DNA of 58,196 nt, the filler included, from Sphacelaria rigidula (Eukaryota), in the NCBI GenBank assembly GCA_964200075.2. It is 9 parts of 9 records of this genome, joined end to end, with 100 filler letters (N's around TTAATTAATTAA, not from the genome) between each part and the next. Parts side by side here need not be neighbours in the genome. Positions count along the whole stretch, not along the records: positions 6,479 to 12,856 come from CAXNAA020020443.1; positions 12,957 to 19,334 come from CAXNAA020020444.1; positions 19,435 to 25,812 come from CAXNAA020020445.1; 6 more parts are not named here. One strand, given 5' to 3'. Every line of letters begins with the position of its first letter. Position 1 is the first letter of the stretch. Shown in pieces: positions 10,000 to 22,852 of this stretch. A program made the position numbers and the translations under genes. Below the pieces are notes generated by a model. The model saw nothing but the letters and a program-made list of their open reading frames with translations, was not told the origin of the DNA and made no database searches.

Positions 10000-12900
10000 T
10001 GTTGCACGAACCTACTATTATACTGTACGGTACTCGTAAATATTCCAGGTAACGGACGTGGAGCAGGGCATTCCAAGGTTGGGCAAGGAGGGTGTGCGTT
10101 TCTAGCTCTTCACGCATATTTCCGCTGTGCGTGCGTTCTCAAATAATTCAAGTATTATTCATACATGAATGATCCCACACACGTGGGTGATGCGATCGAT
10201 CACACTGATCATCTATCTCGCTACTCGTACCGTACTGTTCTGCGAAATGCTTCGGTTTCGCTCCAACGAAATGGTATGTGATCACTGATGATGTGCCGCC
10301 AATGACGGTGAACTTCGCGCGAACAATAATCAATTACAAGGTACCGTAGCAACGAGCTGTTTTATGTCGATATTGACTTCACAGCTACGAACACGCGTCA
10401 CATCCTGGACAACGCATTCTAGTCCACACCTGCCCGACCCCCAAAGCCACGTGGCGTTCAACCCAAAGCCCTATCGCTCTGGCGTTGATGTACGAATGCG
10501 CCTGCACGAAAGACCCAAAAATCTTCGCGGTCAGCGCGTTAAAGGCGGATCTTTTGCGGTCATCCACTGCTGCGATCGGACACTGGACTTTCACGAGATC
10601 CTATTACGAGTAATAGAATGCACCTTCACTTGTTCCCACGCCTTTCCCCAAGGGACAGGAAAAACAAGTCCATCAGATCAAGAAATTTGATCCAACACTA
10701 CAGCCTGCAACATGAATCACTTCAAACGGGAACTGACTCGGATTCAGAAAGCCTTGAAAAGTCGCGGTACACACACAACGGCAAATGGGCACAGGTAAAA
10801 ATAAATGCCCCTCTGGAGACCCACCCAGACGCGTTACTCGGCGCTGATCACGGGTTCAAACAAAAAACACCACAAGCTCGGCATCGTATTGGTAGACCAG
10901 GTGCTATGCCATTCCAACACCACAATACGCGAAGGCACTACATAGGTATAGCATACGAGCGTAACAATGGTGAGATCACACACTGCAGGCCCGACTGTAG
11001 CGCCCGGCTCCGCTCCGCTGACATGCAAGTTCAGGAGCGTACTCCTCGTACAGACTGGATACAAGAATTCAGTACTGTTGTTGTACGAGTAGGTGAAAAT
11101 TGAGGAAGAAGTGTACACAGTAGTCAGTCTGCACATGGCAAGCAAAAAACGTGCGGAGCTCGTAGCAAATCATTCCTTGAACCTGCAAAACACCCCTGCA
11201 CCGTTTTTTTTATGGTATCCTCGCTGTAATTCACGCCATGTACAATATGCACTTGGTGAAGTGCAGGCATGCATGCCTAGCTATCTACTACATGAACGGT
11301 ACTGCTGTCCAGGGGGCTTCCCCCAGCGGGGTGATTCAAACACAAATCTTGTGCATCTTGGTATTATTCCAGGATACAGAATTGCTTCACGCAGCAGCGG
11401 TCTACAGTTAGAAGAAAGCCTGAAAACGGAACGCCGACAGCAACACAGACGCAATGCAACCAGGTAAGGGAGAGCGAATGGCTTAAATCACCTTCCGTAA
11501 CCGCATTGGAATCGGTAACCGCATTGGAATCCATGCCAGGTAGGGATCCCAAGCAACACTGGGCCAGCGCGATCAAGGCGGCAGCGATTCGGAACCCCTG
11601 TCCCTCTTCAGGCACGGAAACGTTGCAGTTTTCCTCGGTGCGGAAAAGAAGCCTTAACTAGACCAACGACAAGCTAGATCCGCAGAAAATCCTTGTGCAT
11701 AGCACGCCGACAGTAGGTATAGTAATGAGATGTGATACCTAGACTGATAGTTTGGTTGGGAAATGCTTGCGGAATGGTGCAGCCTGCTGGAAACACCACC
11801 TATGATGGAAGCCGCCTTCGGATTCATGTATCTCCCAAATGATTCTTACATCACATTCGACTTGTCAGTTCCTGTAGATGGGAATCCACAACGTGGCCAG
11901 AACACCCAGCCTCCGTTGCCGGTTATGGTGGCCGTTTGAGTGTACTTGCTGTACATGTGCCATTCCCATGCTGCGATGCTCAAGGGTGCATCTTTCAGCT
12001 GAGGCATATAGACTATACAAATTCGCAAGCACTACGTACGGTCTGTCCGCACCCTGTTGTCTATATTACCCAGAGCCGTCGCCCCGCGACTTGTGATATA
12101 GATAGAGTGCACTCAGACAAACGTCCTGCGAGTAATTGGCCCCGATCGCGCCAGGCTTCGTCATTCGTGCCTACAATCTCGTGCTCTGCTCTTGCATTGT
12201 ACATCAAACTGGGCAATCACGTGAGAATCTGCTACATAAATACCAGCTGTACTGTCGTGTGTGTAACAACCCTGTAGTACGTTGCACCGTACGGCACGGC
12301 ACAGGCAGTTCAACAGCAGTAGTATAATTGGAAATCAGTACAGACGGGAAGATAGAGCGGGACGATAAAGCGGGACGACTATAATAATAGCACCACAGTG
12401 ACACAGTGACAGTACTGGGTGCGGGGTGTAGGCCGGAGGACACCACAGCAGCTCGATTGGTGGTGTGGCAGTGGTCCAGAAACTGCTAGCGAATGCCACA
12501 CACAGCACAATCCATGGTACTCGGGAGGAGCGCTATGTGTGGGATTCGGCGGATCGTGAACGTCAAAGGCATTCCATACCGGAGAACAATGTGCACAGGT
12601 GACGGCAAGAAGGTGAGCCAGGGTCTCGAAAAGGGTATGCGGCGCTGTGGCGGCGCAGACATTTAGGAAAATCTGCGCGCAGTGCGGAGTCCCGACGGGC
12701 TTATTTGCGGCTTGCCGCAGAAATACTTTTTGGGCCGCAGTCATTTCGCCTTCGGCGAAAAAAATCTTCGGCCTTTTTCGCTGGAAACAGTGTTTTCGTG
12801 AGATTGAGAGTAGATGATACGATTGAGAGTGAACAGCGGTCAATCAGTGAATGACTNNNNNNNNNNNNNNNNNNNNNNNNNNNNNNNNNNNNNNNNNNNN

Positions 12901-13016
12901 TTAATTAATTAANNNNNNNNNNNNNNNNNNNNNNNNNNNNNNNNNNNNNNNNNNNNCTCCCCCTTTTTCGGCGTCTTTCTATTTTGTTTGTTGTGGGGGG
13001 TGGGAAAAAAGACCCC

Positions 13017-13051
<35 letters not shown>

Positions 13052-13380
13052 AGAACAGACAAAAAGCGGCCGGACAGAAGGCCCTTACAGCCCCGACTTG
13101 ATAATACTATCGATGGATTATGCACTGCAGCCCGGCGAGTCGAGAGACACGGGCATGAGGGTAACCAAATTTGAGTCACTCAAAGACAAAGAGAGGGAGC
13201 AAGAAGTGGAAGAGGAAAGAAGACAAGTATAGTATCGACATTGGTTATTATAATGGGGATATAGGGTGGAGATTATGTGAGGCCAACGGGATAGCGAATA
13301 CCAGACGTCGCCCTCGGGTGAATGGAGGTGAGGGGAAACAGTAGAACGTGAATGCCCGTAGTCATTGTTACGGCCCTCAC

Positions 13381-13533
13381 CTGCACTCTGGATGTGGAGT
13401 CGGGTAGCGGGCGCGGAATCCCTCCGTGCACGCAAAAAATGTCGTGATCGATCACCGTGGCAAGAGGCAGGCGGTCGAACACAGCGTTACACCCTTCCCA
13501 CACCTCTTCCCCCAGCTCGTCCCCAAACCGATC
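13381..13533 (-). CDS. PPP-family Ser/Thr protein phosphatase, exon (HGG motif)
   Basis: CAG acceptor and GTGAGG donor, 153 nt. Translates DRFGDELGEEVWEGCNAVFDRLPLATVIDHDIFCVHGGIPRPLPDSTSRVQ. Confidence 0.93.
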
Positions 13534-13759
13534 CTGCTCGCACGGAAACACGCACACCCAAGCACACGCACACAAGGATGATTGATTCGTTGGTTGATTG
13601 CAGCACGAAAACTGACTCCCCAAAGGATCCAGCTGAGTGCACAACGTATGCAAGACGTACCCAAGAGCAGCAAAAGACGGGACACACGCGTGAAGGATCC
13701 AACCACGTCACAAGGCTCGGAAAATTTGATGATTCGTCTGGAAATCTCTTGATTTTAGT

Positions 13760-13975
13760 GTAATTGATTCATATCGTACGAATCAATGCTTAGGCTTTGT
13801 TTACAGCGTTGCAACCCAGGTACACGCAACCCAGGCACATGGGATGGCGCAAAAGTTGCGTGGAGACCTGTCTTACCCGCGGTCAACTTTCTTCTCTCTT
13901 TCGAGCAATCAGGCCTAAAAATCGTGGCTTGGGTTATCCGAACCAGCGATGATTTGTCCGAACCGTGCAACGCGA
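13760..13975 (+). repeat. Intronic dispersed repeat; second copy at about 15200-15410
   Basis: Both copies share CCAGGTACACGCAACCC.AGGCAC...TTCGAGCAATCAGG...CGAACC...GATGATTTGTCCGA. They lie in different introns of the phosphatase gene. Confidence 0.75.
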
Positions 13976-14351
13976 ACGAAACACAAAAAAGCAAAAAATA
14001 ACATAAAATAAAGTAACAAGAATGACACAAAATGAAGGGGGAATGAAACAACAGAGAGGATAAGGGAAAAGAGCAAAAAACACGGATATTCGATCCGGAC
14101 GGAACTAACAAATAATGACAAAAAAACAAATATACAGGGAAAAGGGCGAAAAAGAGAACGGGAAAAAGCGAACATGAGCACCACCGTGTACAACACAGCA
14201 CAAGTGAGGAATAAATCCATGTGCTGGCGATACTGCTGTCTGTCGTTTGCACGGTTCGTTTTGGAAAGGCTCTGTACTACCATATCCTGTATCGATCCAT
14301 GCAACAAGAGGGAGTCTTCCTGCTGCCTCCATGTTTCGGGCACGATAGGGA

Positions 14352-14572
14352 GGGGGGGGGGGGGGGGTACCCATGATCTTGCATGCCCTAGTCATGAGAC
14401 CATTGACCTCACATCACTACAACACCGGGACGGAGCACGCCGGGTTTTCGCTGGACCAGGCTCGCAATCAATCAACCAAGTACGGAGCGCCATGACGTGT
14501 TCGGCGAGTCGCATGAAGGGTGAGCTGCATCCTGCTCATGACTGCGGCATGCAAGATCATGAATACACCCCC
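14352..14572. mobile_element. MITE family A (G-run termini, about 35-bp TIR)
   Basis: GGGGGTACCCATGATCTTGCATGCCCTAGTCATGAG pairs with CTCATGACTGCGGCATGCAAGATCATGAATACACCCCC. Fragments lie at 6335-6378, 19272-19334, 30922-31106 and 33706-34006. Confidence 0.8.
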
Positions 14573-14593
14573 GTTGTTCTTGGCAAACATTAC

Positions 14594-14701
14594 CTGACAC
14601 TGCCACAGGAATGATCGCTCCCCGTAGTGCTCCACCCAGCCGTTTACATCCCTCAGCTCGTGGTTGCCCCTCAGCATGAAAATCTTGTCCGGATTTTCGA
14701 T
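14594..14701 (-). CDS. PPP-family phosphatase, exon (RGNHE motif)
   Basis: AAG acceptor and GTAATG donor, 108 nt. Translates [36 protein letters not shown]. Confidence 0.93.
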
Positions 14702-15969
14702 CTTCGGTTGTTCATCCGTTCGATCATTTATCAAGCCACCATTACACCGAGACAAATCGCATCCAAGACCACGGACAACAGACATGGGCAGAGATTGAGG
14801 GTGCACGGCGGGGTAAAAACATGACAAAGCAAAGCAAAGCAAAGCTCTCTATTTTGAATATGAAACTACATTACTGGAACGGTTTATTTTATTAAGATCA
14901 CAGTAATGCTCTCCGTTCGTTGGGTGAGCGACATGTGGTTTCGAGGGAAAAGTCGTGCAGCTACGGATTGAAAACAAAAACAAATTGTTTCCCATCATGC
15001 GAGGGCCACTCTGTTTCGGTGCACTAAAACATACTACAGCAACAAACGTACGTGGACGATGGGATGTATGGCACGAATGTACGATACACAGCAGCAAGCA
15101 CTCCCTCTCGTGTTAGACCCACAAATGCCCAGCCCTACAAAACGTGCAAGAGTCCGAGAAATAAAGATCTATCTGGAGATTACTTGGATGTTAGTCCAAA
15201 ATGATTCGTACGGTACGAGTCAATCCTCGAGGTTTGTTTTCAGCGCTTGCACCAACCCCAGGTACACGCAACCCCAGGCACGTCGCAAAGCGCGAAATTT
15301 GATCCCAGACTTTTTCCACCAGCGGTCAGCGTTTACTTTCGTTCGAGCAATCAGGTCTCCGACATCGTCGACATGGTGATTCGAACCTATGATGATTTGT
15401 CCGACCCCTCAAAACATATCTGTTGCTGCGAAGAACCTAAGAACCTTCAGCAGCACAGTTTTTGTTCGGCCCAGTCAACAGTCTCAGGGAGTACGGCCAG
15501 GACACGGATCTTCGCAGCCCACTGCACGGCGCGATTCCAACTCAACGCGTATCACCTCAGGACAACGCCGTGCCCACCACCGTATGAGTGATCCCGTGAT
15601 AGACGCTCCCCCCTCCCCCCCCCTCCCCCCCCGCGACAAACCGGTGCCGAATACGTCACAAAAAAAACGCCCCTACAGCCCAAGCAGTTGGTTCCGGTCT
15701 GCATGAATCGCATAATATGGGCGACATTGGCGAGAACGATCCCCGGCATGGCACTTCCCAGCTGCTCGGTGTGCGCGGCTGTTGTCGCCGGGTTTTCGCC
15801 AGACCAGGTCCACAATCAATCACCAGGCGCGGAGGGCTGTGATTGCTTTTCTAGGGGGGGGGGGGAGGAGCTTCAACTACATAACTCACATGTTGTGGCC
15901 AGCTTAAGCGAATTGTTCCGAAAGGAGGTCCAGCTGTGAGAAGGTTTCGAGAGGCACCAGGTCACTCAC

Positions 15970-16104
15970 CTTGAGCGCAAAGAGATAGGCCAAGCACTCG
16001 AGCCCCGACATTCCCCTGTCCACGTAGTCGCCTAGGAACAAAAACTTGCCCGCTGTGAGGTTCATCCCTAGCTTCCAGATGTTGTCTGCAAAAAAATTCA
16101 AGTC
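15970..16104 (-). CDS. PPP-family phosphatase, exon (GDYVDRG motif)
   Basis: AAG acceptor after a pyrimidine tract and GTGAGT donor, 135 nt. Translates DLNFFADNIWKLGMNLTAGKFLFLGDYVDRGMSGLECLAYLFALK. Confidence 0.95.
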
Positions 16105-16903
16105 CTTACATACCCCAAAAAAAGGAGAAGAGAAGAGAGAAAGAGAGCGGAGAAAAGAATGAAGCAAACGAACAATACAGGTGAAACAAAAGATCATGGG
16201 GGGTCGTGCCTCATCAGCCTGAAATAAATTTTGAAAAAAACGCGTCTTATCAACATGCTGCTCTTGGACACTTGCTTTGCTCTTTCCTGCTTTTTTTTCC
16301 AGTCCGCTTATACGGGCCAGTCCTTGAGTGTCCTCGTAGACTTAACCCTTTGCTGGAGCGTTGTGGGTACACGGACCTTCGGGACAGGCTCCGGGATGGA
16401 GAGGGACGCCATTGTTAAGCTTTGAAAAAAAATCAATTTTGACGCAAGCAGCACTCTAACATGGATTCTCTGGAAAAAGACCAAAATGTTTTTTAGTGTT
16501 TTTCTTCAGACAGTAAGAAGCGGCCTGAGAAGAAAAAAATAATGATACTGCCCTCGATGTGTCGGTCATTACTCGCTGAGTAGGGAAACAAATGAAAACG
16601 AAATAACAGAAGAGACATCGAGTCGGGCCTACGCCGACCAACAGCTAGCGGCGTCTCGGCAAGTCAACTCCCGCCCCGTGCCTCATGAGCAAGACGCGGG
16701 GCCTCTTCACCCATGTCGATCATACAAACAGCATCAGCCAATTCCATGGAACAGAACAACAAACAAGCATGATCTGCGGTATTTTGTAATATTCCTGCCT
16801 GCGATTACGTGATCATTTGTGGATTAAGAGATCAGCTAAGCTGCGACAATCAATAAATCGATCAACTCTACCTATACAGAGACGACATCATGTCTCTACT
16901 CAC

Positions 16904-17062
16904 CTCCAAGTTCCCATGGATGTCCCCGAATACGTATACGGGAGACTGGATGAAGAGACAACGCGGTTCGTTCTCGAAAATCGGTCCCGCCCGCGCGCAG
17001 AGCCGGAGCATATCGCGCGCGAACTTGACCGACGTGAGATAGCTGACGTGCTCTTTTGGTGT
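16904..17062 (-). CDS. PPP-family phosphatase, exon (GDIHG motif)
   Basis: CAG acceptor and GTGAGT donor, 159 nt. Translates [53 protein letters not shown]. Confidence 0.95.
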
Positions 17063-17845
17063 CTGAGCGTGAAAAAAACGCAAGGGGGGGGCGCATAAAT
17101 ACACGCAGCGCGGACACAAGTGAAGCAAAAAACAAGATTAAATCTTTTGACCGTAAACGCCGATCACATGCATCGGTATGAGGATTAAAATTACGAAAAG
17201 CAGCAGGAGCAGGAGCAGGAGCAGCAGCAAAAAAATATCGCGGCAGTAGGAAGCTGTAGTAGCAACAGCAGCAGCAACAGCAAATTAATGGAACTAGGAC
17301 AAATGGCGCAGTCATCACCTTTGGGTACAGGGAAAATCACACACATTACTATCCCCACTTTTCCAGAACACCGAAGTGTTGAATATAACCATCAAACCAT
17401 AGATTTTTTTTGAAACTCATAACAACCATGAATAGGTTAGGCGACGGTAAGGTACAGGACGGGACGGGTACCGCTGACTGTTCAGTATGTTCGAGGTATT
17501 CCCGAGTACTCCGTACCATAAGTAAAACGAGAACCCGCGGCACCCGGAACCTACCCAAACGACCTTAGGAACCATGCATCATTTCTCTTCAATGTGCCCC
17601 AGCCAGGATTCCATCAAGTACCCTTTATCCACGTTAAGCGTTTTGAATACGCGCTTGACTTCACATCTAGTTCAGATGCAAAACGTTGGACAGTGCGGTA
17701 CAGGATTACACACTTCACAAGCCTACGGAGCAAAACTCCCAACCCCGTCTTCCATCTCATCTCATCTCCATTGAATCAAAATATTTAAGCGTCGACATCG
17801 AGAGCAACTGATTCGATCCGACCTTTGAATCTCATCCGCACGTAC

Positions 17846-18070
17846 CTTAAACATTCGGATGACACGCTGTGCCATTTCGTCGTGCTTTTTCCCTGGAGAG
17901 AGGCTACTAAGTGCCGTGGCCGTAGCCATACTGGCTGTCCTGCCCATGTGCCCCCCCGGCCGCCCCGAACCCTGCTCGTCCACCAGGTGTATGACGGGCT
18001 CAAGCGGATGGTCGCGCTTGGCAACTCGCGTATGCGACGCTAACTCGTTGCTAAGCCTCTGCACTTCAAA
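17846..18070 (-). CDS. PPP-family phosphatase, upstream (N-terminal extension) exon
   Basis: TAG acceptor (an alternative CAG lies 12 nt inside) and GTACGT donor, 225 nt. Translates FEVQRLSNELASHTRVAKRDHPLEPVIHLVDEQ...HDEMAQRVIRMFK and joins the next exon in phase. Confidence 0.75.
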
Positions 18071-19434
18071 CTACGTCGTGGAACATTACGCCAGAAAAAC
18101 GACCCCGCCCGAGCACCATAACCACCACCACCCCAACAGCATAAACAAGCGGACAGCAGAGTGGAGACATCCATGTGTGAATTTGAAGAAGAAAAAAAGG
18201 ATGAAAGCCGACGGGGTTTGCGGGAATGCTGAGAAGTCATGATCCAACACATGGATATGAATTCACGAGGCGGGTTGCTCCAATCCGACTACGGACGGAC
18301 TTGTCCCGAGGGCGGGGGAGAATGACGATACGGCATGACAAAATAATTATCATGACAAAAATATATAAGGCACACAAGAATCACGACTCTTGATGCCCAA
18401 GAGAATACCTCTCCCCTCGAGCCCAAGTGTCGCGAAGAGTGTAGACACGCAAAGCATGGGAAAATGGACAATGAATAACTCATGTTACACAGCAACATAC
18501 AGACGCACGAAATCATGAAACGTAACGGCCATGCTTGTCTATTTCGCAAACTCTTCGGATCGATATTAACCCTCAGACAGAGAATGTCGCCCTGAGTGTC
18601 GCCTTGGAACAGTTTTACAGGCTAACAGTCCGTAGACATTCGGGGGTTTCCAGCGGGCGGAGGGGAGTGTCCCCAGAGCAGCCGAGGAGATCAACAAGTC
18701 AACCCTGCGTGTTCGGAAGTTTCCCCCAGAAAAGTTCTAGCCAGAAGCGAGGCCCGGGAGGTGCGTAATGACCATTGTGACCAATCACGGCCGTGAAAAT
18801 GAGGACATAGTTCCCCTTGAGGTTGACTACAGGTGGACTACTTCGCTGTTTGGCTTCATCTCTGATTTTGGTCATGGCAACTCAACCATAGATAACACGG
18901 GCACAAATAACGTGTTGGGTACTCTGCTCGAGGACTGTCCCGCCTGTATGACGCCTGGTGTGCTGCAAGCATAGCTTCACACCGTAGTGTCGTTGTGGAA
19001 CACTAAGCAGAGGCGTCGGCAGCATGCAGTAAAACTGTTTTCAATGGAGAGCGATGAAACGCTGATTGTCACTTGCTCTTGTATCCAGCGGAGACACACC
19101 GCGAACGTACTGACTGCACGGTCAAAACCGGGCAGGGATTCTCCCGGACTATTTTCATGTACATGGCTAGCATCCACATGATTATTGAAGAAAGCGTTTT
19201 GTGTAGCGAGAAAGCAGCTGCTGTGAAACCGAAATGTGACGTAGTCCATCTCAGTCCACCTGCGCGCGCGCGGGGGGGGTGCACTCATGATCATGCATGC
19301 TACAGTCATTAGACCATTGACCTCGCATCCCTACNNNNNNNNNNNNNNNNNNNNNNNNNNNNNNNNNNNNNNNNNNNNTTAATTAATTAANNNNNNNNNN
19401 NNNNNNNNNNNNNNNNNNNNNNNNNNNNNNNNNN

Positions 19435-19890
19435 AATGACTCGAGTGCTCGCTCTATTCATTTGTTTCCACAACGAGCAATGACTCGAGTGCTCGCCCTA
19501 TTCATTTGTTTCACAACGAGCAATGACTCGGGTGCTCGCCCTATTCCTTTTTGCACCACAAGCAATGACTCGAGTGCTCGTCCTGTTCATGTTTTCTAGA
19601 ACGAGCAATGACTCGAGTGCTCGCCCTATTCATTTGTTTCCACAACGAGCGATCACTCGAGTGCTCGCCCTACTCATTTGTTACACAACGGCAATGAGTC
19701 GAGTGTTCGCCCTATTCATTTGTTTCCACAACGAGCGATTATTCGAGTGCTCGCCCTACTCATTTGCTGCACAACGGCCATGACTCGAGTGCTCGACCTA
19801 TTCATTTTTGCACAACAACGAGCAATTAATCGTGTGCTCAAGTCATCACCTTTTTCCACAACGAGCAATGACTCGAGTGCTCGCCCCCTC
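19435..19890. repeat. Tandem minisatellite, about 43-44-bp unit, about 10 copies
   Basis: The unit AATGACTCGAGTGCTCGCCCTATTCATTTGTTTCCACAACGAGC is repeated head-to-tail. Confidence 0.93.
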
Positions 19891-20552
19891 AATTTTTCGG
19901 CCAACGAGCAGCCCAACGAGTGCGAGTGCCACGAGTGACACTCGTGTTCGTCCGACGTATGATACTTTTTCACACGCACCTGAAATGTTCGGCCTTTATC
20001 ATTCTATATCATCTATCAACTTCGAGAGTCTCTCGATGATGAACGTCTCGAACGCATGTACAAACTCCCTTCGCATCACTCTGAACGTATATTTCAAAAA
20101 TGATCGCACAGTTCAAGGAAAACGGTAAGCACGTTGGAGACGCAACGAAAAAAATGAGAATATACAGCAGCTTTTCCAGCAACATGGTCCGACTGTATGT
20201 AGTACGGACGCGAGACAAATCGTTTCTAACCTGCCCCATTGATCGTCTTGTTGACGGGAGTGGTATATATGGGGGTGGGGGTACGCTGGAAAAAATGTAA
20301 CGGGTGGGGGGGGTGTGGTGTGCGAGCGGTCCAACGTACATATTCTGAAGAAAAATATTGCTGTGAAAGGTTCCGCACACTGCAGAACTGCTTTATATCT
20401 TGTATTCAGTGTACTACTCTGCACATCATATATCACTGCAGTTGTGTTGTCCTGAGTGTACTACCCTGTACTCCAGATAATGGGGTCATCTATTGAGCGG
20501 TTCTCGAGAAGTTCTGTTTGCTTTTTGAAAAGTTCTCGAAGAGTTCTGCTCG

Positions 20553-20737
20553 TTTTTCTGTCACAGAAATCTAATACCGGATCTTGAATAGCCTGCGACA
20601 ACAACCAATTGGAAAATTGGAAAAGTTCTGCTCGTTGTTTTCAAAGTATTCCGAAAAAACGAGACTGTTTTCTGTCACAGAAATCTAATGCCGAATCTGG
20701 AATAGCCTGAGACAACAACCAATTTGAAAATTGGAAT
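20553..20737. repeat. Direct duplication of an about 65-bp block
   Basis: TTTCTGTCACAGAAATCTAAT.CCG.ATCT.GAATAGCCTG.GACAACAACCAATT.GAAAATTGGAA occurs twice. Confidence 0.85.
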
Positions 20738-20818
20738 TTTACTGCCGCACTTTGAACCCCTCCCCTTCCCCGGGACGAATCCATGGCCTCAAGGGATCAA
20801 TCCATCTCTCCCCGGTAT
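20737..20818 (-). mobile_element. 5'-truncated SINE/LINE tail fragment (same tail as the 8775 SINE)
   Basis: Reverse complement of ACCGGGGAGAGATGG.TTGATCCCTTGAGGCCA.GGA.TCGTCCCG.GGAAGGGGAGGGGTTCAAAGTGCG, followed by (TA)n. Another tail fragment lies at about 44565-44615. Confidence 0.8.
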
Positions 20819-20822
20819 GTAA

Positions 20823-20855
<33 letters not shown>

Positions 20856-21375
20856 CCCCACTGTGGGGTACGTATGAAAAGGCCGACCTGTGCGGTATTT
20901 AGCATAACCGCAACAAGAAGTCGTTTTTTGGATGAGATGACAGGCCCCTGACAACTCAGACCTGAGGAATACTTGGTGCACCCCTACTGTGGCACCACGT
21001 TTGACCTACAGTGGGCATGTCAAGGATAATTATACTGTGAAGAGGAATCTTATGCACAATGTCCACTTCGTTGGGTAACCTGACTTTTCTACACTCTCAT
21101 ATTGAGTTATCTCGTGTAGCGGGTAAAAATGGGCAGTTTCGGATTGTACAAGGAAGATGGGCAAAACACATGCTTGAACAGAATATCAACGGTTACCAGA
21201 GATACCACGAGATGTGGGCTATTTTTTCACTGTTCGCGGTATCCTGCGGAGAGATACGTGATTGTCCATGTCTGAACATGCACCGGGGTGATTGGTTTCT
21301 ATTTCAAGGATTGTAGATAGGAGCAAGTTACCCAGTTGATCCCGGGATGTTTGACATGGAAGTAGGAAATCAAAC

Positions 21376-22852
21376 TAGTATTGGGCTATATCAAATCAAG
21401 TATCACTTCGATACGATATCAAACTCTTCAACGTTTGATATCTTCTATAGACTTCGATAAAGTTCGATAACTTTCGGCGAAGCCAAAGTGCGAACGCAGC
21501 GAGCGGGCGCGCACAGTGAGCGAGCGAGCGTAGCCGAGTCTGCTGGCCGTGCAAGCGCCTAACGGACCCCCACGGCTGGCAAGGGGGGAGGCGCGGGAGG
21601 CGCCGCTGGAGAGAAGAAAATTGAGCTACGTATATTAGGTTTATTTCCCATCATAATCGGTCTACTGAAATCAAGTCCTCCCAGCGCATGAGAAACAGAC
21701 GTGTCCGGGTTTGATCAAACCCAACAATCACTAGGGCCCTACCTATTCTGCCCACAAAAATGAGGGTAAATTTTCGTCAAAGAAAAAAGAGCATAATCAA
21801 TACCAGGTTCGGAAAAAAGAGGCATCACCAGCACTCCTTGAAGCATTTCCAGCAGAGTCCGGAGCATGAAACACGGGATTTCACCGAAGTAATGGATGTG
21901 TCTGCTTTCGATGATATTACAATAATGCAAACACACTCTGCGGTCGTGATGTGTGGCCCCGCTCATCCTCGAGAATAACATCTGCAACTTGTAGAGTGCC
22001 ATGTGAACAGGGGGTCCTGAAAAATGAGAACGATTTTTCTTGTACGGGACGGAACGGAGGCCGACAGTGTTCGGAATAAACACGGGATTTTACAAATTCG
22101 CACTTTTCATTCAAGTGAGCGAGGCCACACATCACGGCCGGAGAATGCTTCTGCATTTTCCCCCGAAATTATTCCAACGCCCGCTGATGAGCGTCCCCAA
22201 CGCTCGTCCTAAAAACATTTCATACCAATTAGTAAAATCCCGTGTGAGGACAGGAATAAACGAGCACATGCGACCACATGTACTTCTCTTTTGAGCAGAA
22301 GGACAACATAATAGGTCAATGGAGGGCATGAAGGCACCTCGTGCACCTGCGAATTGAATTAAATATGCGATTCTTGTGCACATAATCATGGTGTGTAAAA
22401 TGAAATAGACTGTTTTAAACATACACCACTCAAACCCGGAGACAGAAGAAAAAATATGCGCGCAAAACAAAACACATGAAAACGAAACGTCGAAGGGGAC
22501 AAAAAATATATTATAGTTTGGTCATATTAACGAGCACAGGTATGAGAATTTTAACGCAAAAGTTGCATGACCAACGATCAGACATGCTCCCTTGAAGCAT
22601 TTACTTGCCCGAAGTTGGGAGAAGAAAAGCCGAAACAAAAAGCAGAACGGATGAGAGCCTGACAGTCACACCTCACCAGCTATAAGTCGAATAATTCCTC
22701 ACTGTTCAGGTAAAAGCATTTAGCGTATCGGTTCGTGTCGAACTTATCGTTATCATTCTCGCTATCGTTTAACCGAACTGTTTTCCATACGAAAGCGATA
22801 ACGATGTATTTTGATACGATATATCGCAACTTCCGATACGATATCCAACACT
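21376..22852. mobile_element. Putative non-autonomous hAT-like element with CGATACGATATC subterminal motifs
   Basis: Imperfect ends TAGTATTGGG... and ...CGATACGATATCCAACACT. CGATA/TATCG motifs cluster at both ends, and there is an internal inverted repeat at about 21923-21965 / 22113-22158. Confidence 0.4.

Noticed and set aside
19435..19890. CRISPR-like array
   Set aside because: The units are head-to-tail with no unique spacers, there are no cas genes, and the context is eukaryotic.
22183..22215. Hammerhead ribozyme core (CTGATGAG plus hairpin)
   Set aside because: The stem is not followed by the required GAAA, and no stems I or III are evident.
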